From assembly GCA_016179965.1 (NCBI GenBank), contig JACPCF010000008.1, forward strand, positions 9,601 through 73,600: a DNA stretch of 64,000 nt. Direction: 5' to 3'. The stretch comes from Candidatus Rokuibacteriota bacterium. GTDB lineage: Bacteria; Methylomirabilota; Methylomirabilia; Rokubacteriales; CSP1-6. Shown here in pieces: positions 9,981 through 18,954 of this stretch. How positions within the stretch are numbered: position 1 is the stretch's first letter; the number at the start of each line of letters is the position of its first letter. The notes beneath the pieces were generated by a model. That model was given only the letters and a program-made list of their open reading frames with translations. It was not told where the DNA came from and did no database searches. The position numbers and the translations under genes were made by a program.

Positions 9981-10022
9981 TTGACAGGCCCTCTGAATCC
10001 GCCTAGACTCCCCCCAAGTCCC
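9981..10022 (+). promoter_or_regulatory. second copy of the 42-bp promoter/leader module (TTGACA, 17 bp, TAGACT, CCCCCCAAGTCCC)
   Basis: 39 of 42 identity with 4249-4290; lies in the divergent intergenic region between the aminoacylase (-) and the CBS gene (+). Confidence 0.5.
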
Positions 10023-10048
10023 AGAGCCCACCGTCGGGAGGGGCGGCC

Positions 10049-10501
10049 ATGAAGAAGATTCGCGATATCATGCGCCAGGGCTTTCTCTTCGTCGTGCAGC
10101 GGTCGGCCACCGTGGCCGAGGCGGTGCGGGTGATGGCGGCCCACAACGTCGGGATCGTGACCGTCCTGGACGGCGAGAAACTTGCCGGCGTGTTCTCGGA
10201 GCGCGACGTCGTGCGGCGCGTGGTGGACCGCGGCCTCGACCCCGCCCGGACGCCGGTCGGCGACGTGATGACGACCGAGCTCGTCGTGGCCGACGCCGAC
10301 GAGGATTACCAGTCGGCGGTGCACAAGATGGACCAGGCCAACATCCGCCACCTGCTCGTGGTGAGCGAGGGACGCATCCTGTCCATGATCTCGATCCGCG
10401 ATCTCATGCGGGTGCACATGGACGACCAGGGCGAGGAGATCCGCTACCTCCGAGAATACCTCTACCAGGTGCCGCCGGACATCACGCGCACGCGAACCTG
10501 A
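10049..10501 (+). CDS. CBS-pair domain protein
   Basis: Two CBS motifs (VMAAHNVGIVTVLD..., IRHLLVVSEGRILSMISIRDL). Confidence 0.8.
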   Translation: MKKIRDIMRQGFLFVVQRSATVAEAVRVMAAHNVGIVTVLDGEKLAGVFSERDVVRRVVDRGLDPARTPVGDVMTTELVVADADEDYQSAVHKMDQANIRHLLVVSEGRILSMISIRDLMRVHMDDQGEEIRYLREYLYQVPPDITRTRT

Positions 10502-10512
10502 TCCCCAGCGCC

Positions 10513-11874
10513 GTGACCTGGAAAGCCGCCCTCGCTGCCTGCTGCCAGATCGCGGTGATGGGACTCCCCTCGCCGGGGGGCGCCCAGGAGGGGCGGTCGG
10601 CGGTGGAGCATTTCCGATTCCTCCCGGCGACCTTCTGCTACGCGGACCACGTCCGGTACGAGTTCGCGTACCGGAACTTCCCGGGCGGGCTCGCGACGGT
10701 GAAGGACGTCGAGGTCATGGCCGATTGGCAGCGGGCGGGGGATCAGGCGACGCTCATGTGGCGGCTCGCTCCCCGACGCGAGGAGCTGGCGCGTCATACG
10801 TCCGCGAGCGGGACCTTCGTGAGCGGCCTGCGCTACTGGCGTCAGGAGGGCGCCCCCCGGGGCGGGGTGGACGTCCAATTCAGGCTGACGCTCACGCTGG
10901 CGGACGGCCGGCACGTGACGGGCACGGCCACGGGCCGCTACGCGGATTCCTGCCCGTCGGTGATCCCCCGGGCGACGCTCGCCGGCGGGCCGACCGGACG
11001 CGTGGGCTTCGAGACCACCACGCCGACCACCACCGAGTTCCTGACCGGGGCGAAGGGCGGCCAGCCCGCGGTCATCTGGGGCGACCTCGAGCTCCCGCCC
11101 TCGGGCGCCGGGCGCCTGCCCGCGGTGATTCTCATCCACGGTTCGGAGGGGGTCGGCCCCCGCGAGGCGCGCTGGGCGGAGGAGCTGGCGGAGATCGGCG
11201 TGGCCACCTTCATCGTGGACAGCACCAGCGGGCGGGGTTTGAAGAACGTGACGGCGGACCTGCCCTCCGGGGCGATGATCCTCGACGTGTATCGCGCGCT
11301 CGGGCTCCTGGCCACCCATCCGCGGATCGACCCGTCCCGCATCGCGCTGCTGGGGGGGTCGCGGGGGGGCGTCGTGAGCCTCTACGCCAGCCTTACCCGC
11401 TTCCGCCGGATGCACGGGCCGGCCGGGGTCGAGTTCGCAGCCTACCTGCCCTTCTACCCGGGCTGCGTCGTGGACTACATCGACGGCGAGCAGGTGAGCG
11501 ATCGGCCGATCCGGATCTTCCACGGCCAGGCCGACGACTGGACGCCGGTCGGTCCGTGCCGGGAATACGCCGAGCGGCTGCGTCGGGCCGGGAAGGATGT
11601 CCAGCTCACGGCGTACCCAGGCGCCCATCACGCCTTCGACGACCCGAGCCTGCCCCCGGCCCAGTTTCGCCCGGGGGTGGTGAACCCGAGCCGCTGCTTC
11701 TTTGTCGAGCTCCCGGGCGGGAGGGTGGTGAATCGCGTCACCCAACAGCCGCTGGATTTCGACGATCCCTGCTTCTCCCAGGGGGCGACCGCGGGCTACG
11801 ACCCGGGCGCCCATCGCCGGGCGATCCGGGCGGTGAAGGAGTTTGTCACTGCCACGTTCCGGCTCGGCCGCTAG
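10513..11874 (+). CDS. dienelactone-hydrolase-family alpha/beta hydrolase with N-terminal extra domain
   Basis: PAVILIHGSEGVG, nucleophile elbow GGSRGG, HGQADDW and GAHHAF blocks. Confidence 0.75.
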   Translation: MTWKAALAACCQIAVMGLPSPGGAQEGRSAVEHFRFLPATFCYADHVRYEFAYRNFPGGLATVKDVEVMADWQRAGDQATLMWRLAPRREELARHTSASGTFVSGLRYWRQEGAPRGGVDVQFRLTLTLADGRHVTGTATGRYADSCPSVIPRATLAGGPTGRVGFETTTPTTTEFLTGAKGGQPAVIWGDLELPPSGAGRLPAVILIHGSEGVGPREARWAEELAEIGVATFIVDSTSGRGLKNVTADLPSGAMILDVYRALGLLATHPRIDPSRIALLGGSRGGVVSLYASLTRFRRMHGPAGVEFAAYLPFYPGCVVDYIDGEQVSDRPIRIFHGQADDWTPVGPCREYAERLRRAGKDVQLTAYPGAHHAFDDPSLPPAQFRPGVVNPSRCFFVELPGGRVVNRVTQQPLDFDDPCFSQGATAGYDPGAHRRAIRAVKEFVTATFRLGR

Positions 11875-11881
11875 GCGCGTG

Positions 11882-12241
11882 ATGCTCGCCCGGAGCGTCG
11901 CGGCAGTGCTGGCGGCGGTGGTCGTCGGGACGGGCGCCGGCTGGGCCCAGGATGTCGCGCGGCATTTCCGTCTCGAATGGGAGGTCGCGAAGGGCCGGCG
12001 GGGCCAGGCCGTCGTGAGCGGCTACCTCTACAACGACTACGGCCTCCCGGCGGTGCGAGTTCAGCTGCTGGTAGAGGTGCTCGACGCCTCCGGCCGGACC
12101 GTCGCGGAGGCCGTCGCCTACGTTGACCGCGAAGTGCCGCCGTTCGGGCGGGCCTACTTCGAGGTCGCCGTGCCGAGGGCCGGCGCGGGCTACCGGGTCA
12201 GGGTGAATTTCTACGACTGGATGGTGGTGCCCGGCGGCTGA
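11882..12241 (+). CDS. hypothetical secreted protein
   Basis: ATG 8 nt after the upstream stop; cleavable signal peptide (AAVLAAVVVGTGAGWAQ); no recognisable family. Confidence 0.45.
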   Translation: MLARSVAAVLAAVVVGTGAGWAQDVARHFRLEWEVAKGRRGQAVVSGYLYNDYGLPAVRVQLLVEVLDASGRTVAEAVAYVDREVPPFGRAYFEVAVPRAGAGYRVRVNFYDWMVVPGG

Positions 12242-12263
12242 GGGGATGGGTGGCGCGGGACGG

Positions 12264-12292
12264 TTGACTGTCCCCGGCCCGCGCCGTACAAT
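12264..12292 (+). promoter_or_regulatory. sigma-70-like promoter (TTGACT, 17 bp, TACAAT)
   Basis: Near-consensus hexamers with 17-bp spacer, 10 nt upstream of a short ORF at 12302. Confidence 0.45.
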
Positions 12293-12301
12293 CGCACAAC
12301 C

Positions 12302-12588
12302 ATGACGACCCCACAAGCGGCCGCCGCGCGGCGGGTTTCCTACCAGCTCGACACGCTCTGGGACTTCGACTACGAGCCCACCCACCAGGATCTCCAGGCG
12401 CTCTACGAGACCGCGAAGAAGAACCAGTGGAACGGCTCCACGGCCATCGACTGGGGCCGCCCCATCGGCAAGTGAAGATGTTCAACCGCTTCCTCTTCAC
12501 CGAGGTCTTGATTCCCCGGCTCCAGCGGTTGGGGCTCATCTCCTCCCGCATCGCGCCCCGCTACCGCGAGATCGGTCTGCTGGACTGA
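12302..12588 (+). other. two short consecutive ORFs (58 aa MTTPQAAAARRVSYQLDTLWDFDYEPTHQDLQALYETAKKNQWN... and 36 aa MFNRFLFTEVL...), possible remnant of a truncated gene
   Basis: Driven by the promoter above; protein-like composition but broken by a stop; too short for the ORF track. Confidence 0.25.
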
Positions 12589-12593
12589 GGCGG

Positions 12594-13460
12594 GTGGTGA
12601 GGCTCCCGCGGGCGCTGGTTCTCGCGCTGTCGGTCTCCGCCCTTCTGCCGGGGTCCGTCTCGGCCTCCGCCCCGCTGACCCTCGTCCTGACGCCCTCCCG
12701 GGATCCGACCGCCCTCCAGGAGGCCGGCGACGCCTTCGCGAAGACGCTCACCCGGCTGTCGGGGGTATCCATCAAGACCATCGTGGCCTCCGATTACGCC
12801 GGCGTGGTGGAGGCGCTTCGCAGCCGGCGCGTTGACCTCGCCTTCGTCCACCCGGTGGGATACGTGCTGGCGAACCGGGAAGCCGGCTGCCATATCCTGG
12901 TGCGCGACATCTGGCAGGGGAAGACGGCGTACACTGCCCGGATCTACGTCCTGAAGGCCAAGGGGCTCACGCGGCTCGAGGATCTCCGGGGGCGGACCAT
13001 CGCCTTCGTGGATCCCGCCTCGAGCTCGGGGTATATCTACCCGATGGTGCTGCTGATGAAGCGCGGGCTCGTGACGAGCCGCGACCCGAAGTCCTTCTTC
13101 AAGGACGCGCTGTTCGCGGGCACCCACGAGGCGGCGCTACGCGCGCTGCTCCGGGGGAGCGTGGACGCCGCGGCGAGCTTCGACACGGCGCTCCAGATCC
13201 ATCTCAAGGGCGACCCGGCGGCGGAGCAGATCACCCACGTGGCCGAGACCCCGCCGATCCCGGAGGCGGGGATCTGCGCCCGCCCCGGGCTCGACCCGGC
13301 GGTGCGCGAGCGGCTCAAGGCCGCCCTCCTGGCCATCAAGAAGCCGGAGTACGCGGCCCTGCTCAAGCAGGTGTACGACATTGACGGCTTCATCGAGGCC
13401 TCCGACCGCGACTACGATCCGGTCCGCGAGGCCATGGACCTGATGGGTCTCACGCGTTAG
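12594..13460 (+). CDS. PhnD/SsuA-family periplasmic substrate-binding protein (phosphonate/phosphite-type), orphan
   Basis: Signal peptide, then LTLVLTPSRDP...YAGVVEALRSRRVDLAF...FVDPASSSGY pattern of PhnD-like binding proteins; no adjacent permease or ATPase. Confidence 0.75.
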   Translation: MVRLPRALVLALSVSALLPGSVSASAPLTLVLTPSRDPTALQEAGDAFAKTLTRLSGVSIKTIVASDYAGVVEALRSRRVDLAFVHPVGYVLANREAGCHILVRDIWQGKTAYTARIYVLKAKGLTRLEDLRGRTIAFVDPASSSGYIYPMVLLMKRGLVTSRDPKSFFKDALFAGTHEAALRALLRGSVDAAASFDTALQIHLKGDPAAEQITHVAETPPIPEAGICARPGLDPAVRERLKAALLAIKKPEYAALLKQVYDIDGFIEASDRDYDPVREAMDLMGLTR

Positions 13461-13500
13461 CGCCGCGCCCGCCCCGGCTCGGTTCTCGACGCGGCGCAGG

Positions 13501-14622
13501 TCAGGAAGCCGTAGCCAGGAAGTCCAAGAGCAGCGACCAGAGGCTGCCGAACTCCACGAGCGTCTTGCCCCACCCAGGCGTTTGCTCTCCCGGCTCGACG
13601 TGACCGAGCACCCCCACGATGACCAGCCGCGTTCCGTGCTTGGCGCGCGCGGCGTCGGCGAGCCTCAGGCTCTCGGTGAAGGGCACCGCGGGATCGCCGC
13701 GGCCGTGCACAAGGAGGAGCCGCCCGCGCACCCGCGGCACGGCCCGCTCGGCAGACAGGCGGGCCAGCAGTTCTTGGAGGCCCGGCGGCAGCGTCCGCAC
13801 GAGGGCATCCACCTGGGCGGCGTCCCGATTTTCCACGAGCCTCAGAACCGCTTGGCCCGCGGGCGACAAGGCGGTCGGTCGGGGCGCGGCGGGGTCGGCG
13901 AGCCAGGCGTCCAGCTGGCGCCGATCCTCCGCGTTCTCCAGGAGGTCGAGGTTTTGACGGAGGAACAGGCGCGCCGCCTCGGGCTGGGGTGAAAGCCGCC
14001 CGGACACTCCGCCGTAGCCGTAGGCTCCCGTGAGGAAGTAGCGCAACAGCTCCGCCGTGGACGCGTACCCGCCGAGGCTCAGCACGGTTCCCACCCGATC
14101 CGCGACGCCGGGGTCGGCGGCGGCCAGGAGCGCCGGCCCGGCTCCCACGCTCACCCCGAGGACGCTGACGGCGCGGGAGCGGTCTTCTCCGGCCAGCGAC
14201 CGGATCGCTGCCACCACCGGCTCGGCGTCCTCGGGCCTCAACCGGAGGCGGGTCAAGCCGGGGATCGTGGGAACCGCCACGCGGAAGCCCGCGCGGGCCA
14301 GGAGGCGCGCCGCCTGAGTGAGGCGTGGGTCGTCCTTGCCCTGGGGCGCCAGGCCATGAACGAGAACGAGGCCGGGCGGCGAGCGGAGGGCGAGGGGGCG
14401 ATAGACGTCCGCGGCGGTCGCCCCCGCTGCCAGCGGCTCGCGCAGGGGGTTCGGGGTGAGCGCGGACAGGAGGGGCACCCTCCCGTCGGAGAGAAACTCC
14501 CCCCAAAACGCCGTCGTGACGCAGACCGTCCACCCGGCCGACAGCGCGGGAAGCGCCAGGAGGAGGGCGAGGACGACCCAGCCGAGCGCCGGGCCGGCGG
14601 ACGCTACTTGCGGTTTCCGCAC
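13501..14622 (-). CDS. alpha/beta-fold hydrolase (paralogue of 59332-60409)
   Basis: N-terminal hydrophobic anchor, LVLVHGL, GVSVGAG nucleophile elbow, C-terminal LLLVHGRGDPAVPF; GTG start chosen to limit overlap with the downstream methyltransferase. Confidence 0.7.
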   Translation of the reverse strand: MRKPQVASAGPALGWVVLALLLALPALSAGWTVCVTTAFWGEFLSDGRVPLLSALTPNPLREPLAAGATAADVYRPLALRSPPGLVLVHGLAPQGKDDPRLTQAARLLARAGFRVAVPTIPGLTRLRLRPEDAEPVVAAIRSLAGEDRSRAVSVLGVSVGAGPALLAAADPGVADRVGTVLSLGGYASTAELLRYFLTGAYGYGGVSGRLSPQPEAARLFLRQNLDLLENAEDRRQLDAWLADPAAPRPTALSPAGQAVLRLVENRDAAQVDALVRTLPPGLQELLARLSAERAVPRVRGRLLLVHGRGDPAVPFTESLRLADAARAKHGTRLVIVGVLGHVEPGEQTPGWGKTLVEFGSLWSLLLDFLATAS

Positions 14623-15236
14623 CTCAAGAGGCGCCAGCCGTTGAACACGTTGACCTTCGTGATGAGCTCGGGCGTGAGCCCCACCTCCCTGAGCAACGGC
14701 TCCAGCGCCAGGTTCGACTTCCATCCCAGCCGCGTGCAGAGAGGCGACACCAGGTCCTCGAGGGCCCCCACCACCCGGGACTGGCTCCGGAAGTGGTTGA
14801 GGATCACGATGGCGCCGCCGGGCTTGACCACCCGCCGCATCTCCCGGAGCACCCCCAGAGGATCGGGGACCGCGCTGATGACGTACGTCGCCACCGCCCG
14901 ATCGAACTCGTTGTCGGCGAAATCCAGGGCGGAGGCATCCATCACCTTGAGGGTCACGTTGTCCAGGCCCAGCTCTTCGATCTTCGCCTGCGCCTTCTCG
15001 AGCATCTTGTCCGACAGATCGATGCCCGTGAGCCGGCAGTGCCGGGGATACAGGGGGAGGTTCAGGCCGGTGCCGATGCCGACTTCGAGGATCCGCTCGT
15101 CAGGTTGGATATCCAGCAGCTTGACCGCGGCCACGCGGCCGGGATGAAAGATCCGGTCGAAGATGAAATCGTAGATGGGTGAGTAGAGCGCGTAGGCGCG
15201 TTTGACCTGCCGTTTCTCCAGCGCCGCATCCACCAC
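14604..15236 (-). CDS. class I SAM-dependent methyltransferase
   Basis: Motif I ILEVGIGTGLN, acidic-loop IDLSDKML, motif VKPGGAIVI. Confidence 0.8.
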   Translation of the reverse strand: MVDAALEKRQVKRAYALYSPIYDFIFDRIFHPGRVAAVKLLDIQPDERILEVGIGTGLNLPLYPRHCRLTGIDLSDKMLEKAQAKIEELGLDNVTLKVMDASALDFADNEFDRAVATYVISAVPDPLGVLREMRRVVKPGGAIVILNHFRSQSRVVGALEDLVSPLCTRLGWKSNLALEPLLREVGLTPELITKVNVFNGWRLLRCGNRK

Positions 15237-15421
15237 TGTGCCCTCCGTCCAGAGCCTGAACCCGAGGCCGCGCCCGCCGAGTCGCGCTGGGGCTGGTTGC
15301 GGGCTATGTGTACCACACCGCCCACATCCCTGCCAAGGGGAAATTTCGGCTCGACCACGCCCGGACCCACTTCGTGGGTACCCCGCGGGACGTGGTGCCC
15401 GCGGAGGAGTGTCTTCGACAG

Positions 15422-16780
15422 CTACAAGAGGAACTTGATCAGCAGCGTGGCCAGGCCCAGGAAGGAGAAGAAGCCGAAGACGTCGGTGAAGGTGGTGATG
15501 ATGACGCTCGAGGCGATGGCCGGGTCCACCCGGAACGTCTTGAGCGCCAGCGGAACCAGCGTGCCCACGACGGCGGCCACCACCATGTTGAAGGTGAGGG
15601 CCGCGCCCAGGATCAGGCTCAGGAGCAGCTGGCCCTTCCAGAGGTACGCGATGACGGCCATGACCACGCCGTTGGCGGCGCCCGTGGTCAGGCCGAGGCT
15701 GATTTCCTTCCGGAGCACGCGCCAGAGCACGGACAGCGTCATGTCCCCGAGGGCGATCCCGCGGACGACCACGGTGGCCGTCTGGGTCGTCCCGATGCCG
15801 CCCATGGAGGCCACGATGGGCATGAAGACGGCGAGGGTGGCCAGGCTCTGGATGGAGCCCTCGAACAGGCCGATGACCGAGGCCGCCAGGATCGCCGTCC
15901 CCAGGTTGATGAACCGCCAGACGAGGCGCTTGGTGAAGACGGCCTGCGGCGGGTCCAGGACGGTCTCGTCGCCGGCCGCCCCGCCGAGGCGATGGATGTC
16001 CTCCGTGGCCTCCTGCTGGATGACGTCGATGACGTCGTCCACGGTGACGGTGCCGAGGAGGCGCCGATCGCCGTCCACCACGGGGACGGCCAGCAGGTTG
16101 TACTTGGCCACGACGCGGGCCACCTCTTCCTGGTCGGTCTCCGGCGTCACGCTCACCACGTCCTCGTGGCGGATCAGCCGGATGGGGGTGGCCGGGTCGG
16201 CGGTGAGGAGGCGGCGCAGGGGCACCACCCCCACCAGGTGGTCGTGATCGTCCACCACGTAGAGGTAGAACGCGTGGTCCGACGAGGCGCTCTTGCGCAC
16301 GTGATCGATGGCCTGGCCCACCGTCATCTCCTCGTGCGCCGCCACGAACTCCGGGGACATGATGCGGCCCGCGGTTTTCTCGCCGTACTCGAGGAGCTCC
16401 TGGACCTCCTCCGACTTCTCCTCCTTCATGAGGTCCAGGACCTTTTCGGCCTGCTCCGCCGGCAGCTCGTCCACGACCTGGGCCGCGTTGTCCGTGGGCA
16501 TCCGCTCGAGGATCCCCGACAGCTCCACCTCGTCCAGGGCCCGCACCAGCCCCAGCAGGGTCTGGTCGTCCATTTCGTGGAGGACGGCGCCGGCCTGCTC
16601 CCGGCTCAGCAGCCTGAAGACGGTGGTCTGCTGCTCGATGGGCAACTCGCGCAAGGTCCGCGTGACGTCGGCCGGGTGGGCCTCCTCCAGAATCTGGGCG
16701 AGCCGCTCCCGGCGGTCGGCCTCGAGGAGATCCTTGACGGTTTCGGCGAGCCGGACAGTCTCTTCCATGTCTTGATTCAC
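15422..16780 (-). CDS. mgtE: magnesium transporter MgtE (N-domain, CBS pair, 5-TM channel)
   Basis: MgtE N-domain, two CBS motifs, C-terminal TM region with the conserved channel motifs. Confidence 0.9.
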   Translation of the reverse strand: MNQDMEETVRLAETVKDLLEADRRERLAQILEEAHPADVTRTLRELPIEQQTTVFRLLSREQAGAVLHEMDDQTLLGLVRALDEVELSGILERMPTDNAAQVVDELPAEQAEKVLDLMKEEKSEEVQELLEYGEKTAGRIMSPEFVAAHEEMTVGQAIDHVRKSASSDHAFYLYVVDDHDHLVGVVPLRRLLTADPATPIRLIRHEDVVSVTPETDQEEVARVVAKYNLLAVPVVDGDRRLLGTVTVDDVIDVIQQEATEDIHRLGGAAGDETVLDPPQAVFTKRLVWRFINLGTAILAASVIGLFEGSIQSLATLAVFMPIVASMGGIGTTQTATVVVRGIALGDMTLSVLWRVLRKEISLGLTTGAANGVVMAVIAYLWKGQLLLSLILGAALTFNMVVAAVVGTLVPLALKTFRVDPAIASSVIITTFTDVFGFFSFLGLATLLIKFLL

Positions 16781-17058
16781 TCGGGCTTCGGGACTGCCGG
16801 CTCCGGCCGGGCGACTTCCAGGTTCCGCACGCGGGCTTCGAGCTGCCGGATCTTCGACCGGAGCTTCCAGCGCTGGACGAAGCCGATCAGGCTCACGATA
16901 ATCGCGCCCACCGCGCCCGAGAGCAGGATGACGGCGGCCAGCGGCGCGCGCTCGACCTGCCAGCCGAGGAACCGAATCGTCACCTGGTCGGGATTCTGCA
17001 GGGCAAAGATCGCGATGGCGACAGCCGCCGCGGCGATGAGCAGGTACAGGACCGGCAT
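16777..17058 (-). CDS. LapA-family / DUF1049 small inner-membrane protein
   Basis: 93 aa with two TM helices and a C-terminal coiled segment (KIRQLEARVRNLE) typical of LapA-like proteins. Confidence 0.55.
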   Translation of the reverse strand: MPVLYLLIAAAAVAIAIFALQNPDQVTIRFLGWQVERAPLAAVILLSGAVGAIIVSLIGFVQRWKLRSKIRQLEARVRNLEVARPEPAVPKPE

Positions 17059-17062
17059 CGGC

Positions 17063-18466
17063 TCAGCCCCGCTCGTTCCCGGCCGCCGACTCCAGGCCGC
17101 CCAGGGCCCGGAGGAAGCGTTCCATCACGCCCTGGCGCACGGTCTCGGCGGTGGCGTCCCCGAGCTCGGCGCGCCAGTCGGCGAGGCGAATGACCGCCTT
17201 GGCCATGGCGCGGTGGCCTCCCGCCGCTCCCAGGTCCCCGAACGCCGCGCGCACCACGTCCCCCGCGCTCTTCACGTACCCCACGTTCCGGACGGAGATG
17301 TGGGCCTCCCCGTTGACGACGCCCGACACCACCGACCACTCGACGCCCTCCACCTGGAGGCACAGGTCGGCGAACTGGGGAATGAGGTCCACGTACGGCA
17401 CGGCCCCCAGGTGGGAGAAGAGGACGCCGCGGATGAGCTGCCGCCGGGCCAGGCCGTGGGCGAACACGTCCAGCGCCTCCTGGGGCAGCTCCGGCCGCTC
17501 GATCCGACGGAGCCAGTTGTGGTTGGCCAGGAGGTACAGGGAGGCGAAGGCCTCCATGTCGGCGCGCGTCCCGCCGCGCTCCAGGTGGAGCGTGTCGGAC
17601 TTGATCCCGTAGAGCAGCGCGGTGGCGAGCCGCTGGGAGATCTTCACCTCCGCGGCCCGCAGGTACTCCGTCAGGATGGTGGAGGTGGCGCCGTAGGCGG
17701 GGCGGATGTCCTTCATCAGCGCCCGAACCGTCCGGTCCTCGGGATGATGGTCGATCACGAGGTCCACCTGGCCGAGGCGCTCCTGGAAGAAGCCGGGCTG
17801 CACGTCCACCATGGCCACCCGGTCGTACTCGTCCATGGCCCACGCCCGAATCTCCTCCACTTCGATGTCCAGGATGCGGCACATCGTGCGGTTCTCCGGC
17901 CGCGTGATCGTCCCGAAGGTCGCGATGGGGGCGGAGGCGCGGTTGCGGCCCAGAAGCGTCCGGAGCGCGAGCGCCGAGGCGATGGCGTCGGGGTCCGGAT
18001 CGTCCTGCATCATGATGAGGACCCGCTCGGCCGGCGCGAAGTGCTGACGGATCCGCTCCACGCGCGCCCGGAGCGCGGCGCGCTCGAGCTCGGGCTGGAG
18101 CACGCGCTCACCGAAGGCCGAGATCGGCAGCGTCGTCACGCCGGGGGGGAGCGCCGCCGGCGACTCCTCCTGATCTCGGAGCACCAGGATGGGGGTCTGG
18201 GGGGCCACCGTCCGGAGGGCCGTCAGGATCTTCGTCAGGCGCTCGGCCGGCGCCGCGACGACCACCGCTTCGCGTCCCGTCCGGAACGCCCGCCGGTAGA
18301 TGGCCGGGTCGTCGAGGTTCCCCGAGAGCGCCTGCTCCCCGCCCCGGGCGATCCGCGTCCGTACCCCGGACTCGGCCACGAGGTAGAGCGGGGGGTCGCC
18401 CGCCACCGTCGTGCCGTGCAGGAGCTGGTGCAGGAAGTCGTCGGGGCAGACCAGCACATACCGCAT
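17063..18466 (-). CDS. DHH/DHHA1-family phosphoesterase with N-terminal regulatory extension
   Basis: DHH motifs (DPDPDAI, VIDHHPED), DHHA1-like C-terminus (GGGHRAMA). Confidence 0.75.
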   Translation of the reverse strand: MRYVLVCPDDFLHQLLHGTTVAGDPPLYLVAESGVRTRIARGGEQALSGNLDDPAIYRRAFRTGREAVVVAAPAERLTKILTALRTVAPQTPILVLRDQEESPAALPPGVTTLPISAFGERVLQPELERAALRARVERIRQHFAPAERVLIMMQDDPDPDAIASALALRTLLGRNRASAPIATFGTITRPENRTMCRILDIEVEEIRAWAMDEYDRVAMVDVQPGFFQERLGQVDLVIDHHPEDRTVRALMKDIRPAYGATSTILTEYLRAAEVKISQRLATALLYGIKSDTLHLERGGTRADMEAFASLYLLANHNWLRRIERPELPQEALDVFAHGLARRQLIRGVLFSHLGAVPYVDLIPQFADLCLQVEGVEWSVVSGVVNGEAHISVRNVGYVKSAGDVVRAAFGDLGAAGGHRAMAKAVIRLADWRAELGDATAETVRQGVMERFLRALGGLESAAGNERG

Positions 18467-18524
18467 GGGATCACCTCAGCCCAGAGCCTGAATTCTACTC
18501 CTCGGCCGGGCCCCGGTGAAACTT

Positions 18525-18941
18525 TTAGCCGCGCCGGGAGCGGCGGAAGGCCTCCCGGCCTGCCTTCACGCCGGCCTTCAAGCCGCGGGAAAGGAGGCGG
18601 GCCTCGCTCGCCGACACGCGCATGAGCTCCCGGCCCTGGGCGAGCGAGCGCTGGAGCGTCGGCTCCACCGAGCGCATGAGCTTCTCCACGCGCCGCCGCC
18701 CGGTCTGAAGCGCCTCGGCGACCCGCTCCCGCGAGATGCGGAGCGCCACCTGGACGCGCTGCACCTGGCTGGCGGCCTCCTTCTCCAATTGCGCCAACCT
18801 CAGGCGGGCCGTGCCGCGCGCCTGGCGCGCCTGTCCCTGGAGGATCTTGAGCTGGCCTTCGAGCTTCAGCAGGCGGCCCTCGAGCTGCTTGATCTTGCCT
18901 CGGGCCTGATCCACTCGTCCTCGTCGCGTTCCACCGGTCAT
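18525..18941 (-). CDS. hypothetical coiled-coil protein
   Basis: Heptad-rich K/R/Q/L composition; no family recognised. Confidence 0.35.
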   Translation of the reverse strand: MTGGTRRGRVDQARGKIKQLEGRLLKLEGQLKILQGQARQARGTARLRLAQLEKEAASQVQRVQVALRISRERVAEALQTGRRRVEKLMRSVEPTLQRSLAQGRELMRVSASEARLLSRGLKAGVKAGREAFRRSRRG

Positions 18942-18954
18942 AAGAAGGCTCCTT

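Noticed and set aside
8391-10052. 553-aa plus-strand ORF overlapping the D-aminoacylase gene
   Set aside because: Antisense artefact. The minus-strand product has unambiguous amidohydrolase motifs.
15297-18625. Very long plus-strand ORFs (15308-18625, 1105 aa; 15297-16247) antisense to mgtE, lapA-like and DHH genes
   Set aside because: No domain-like sequence and dominated by R/G/A/P/D/E runs. The minus-strand genes underneath have clear conserved motifs.
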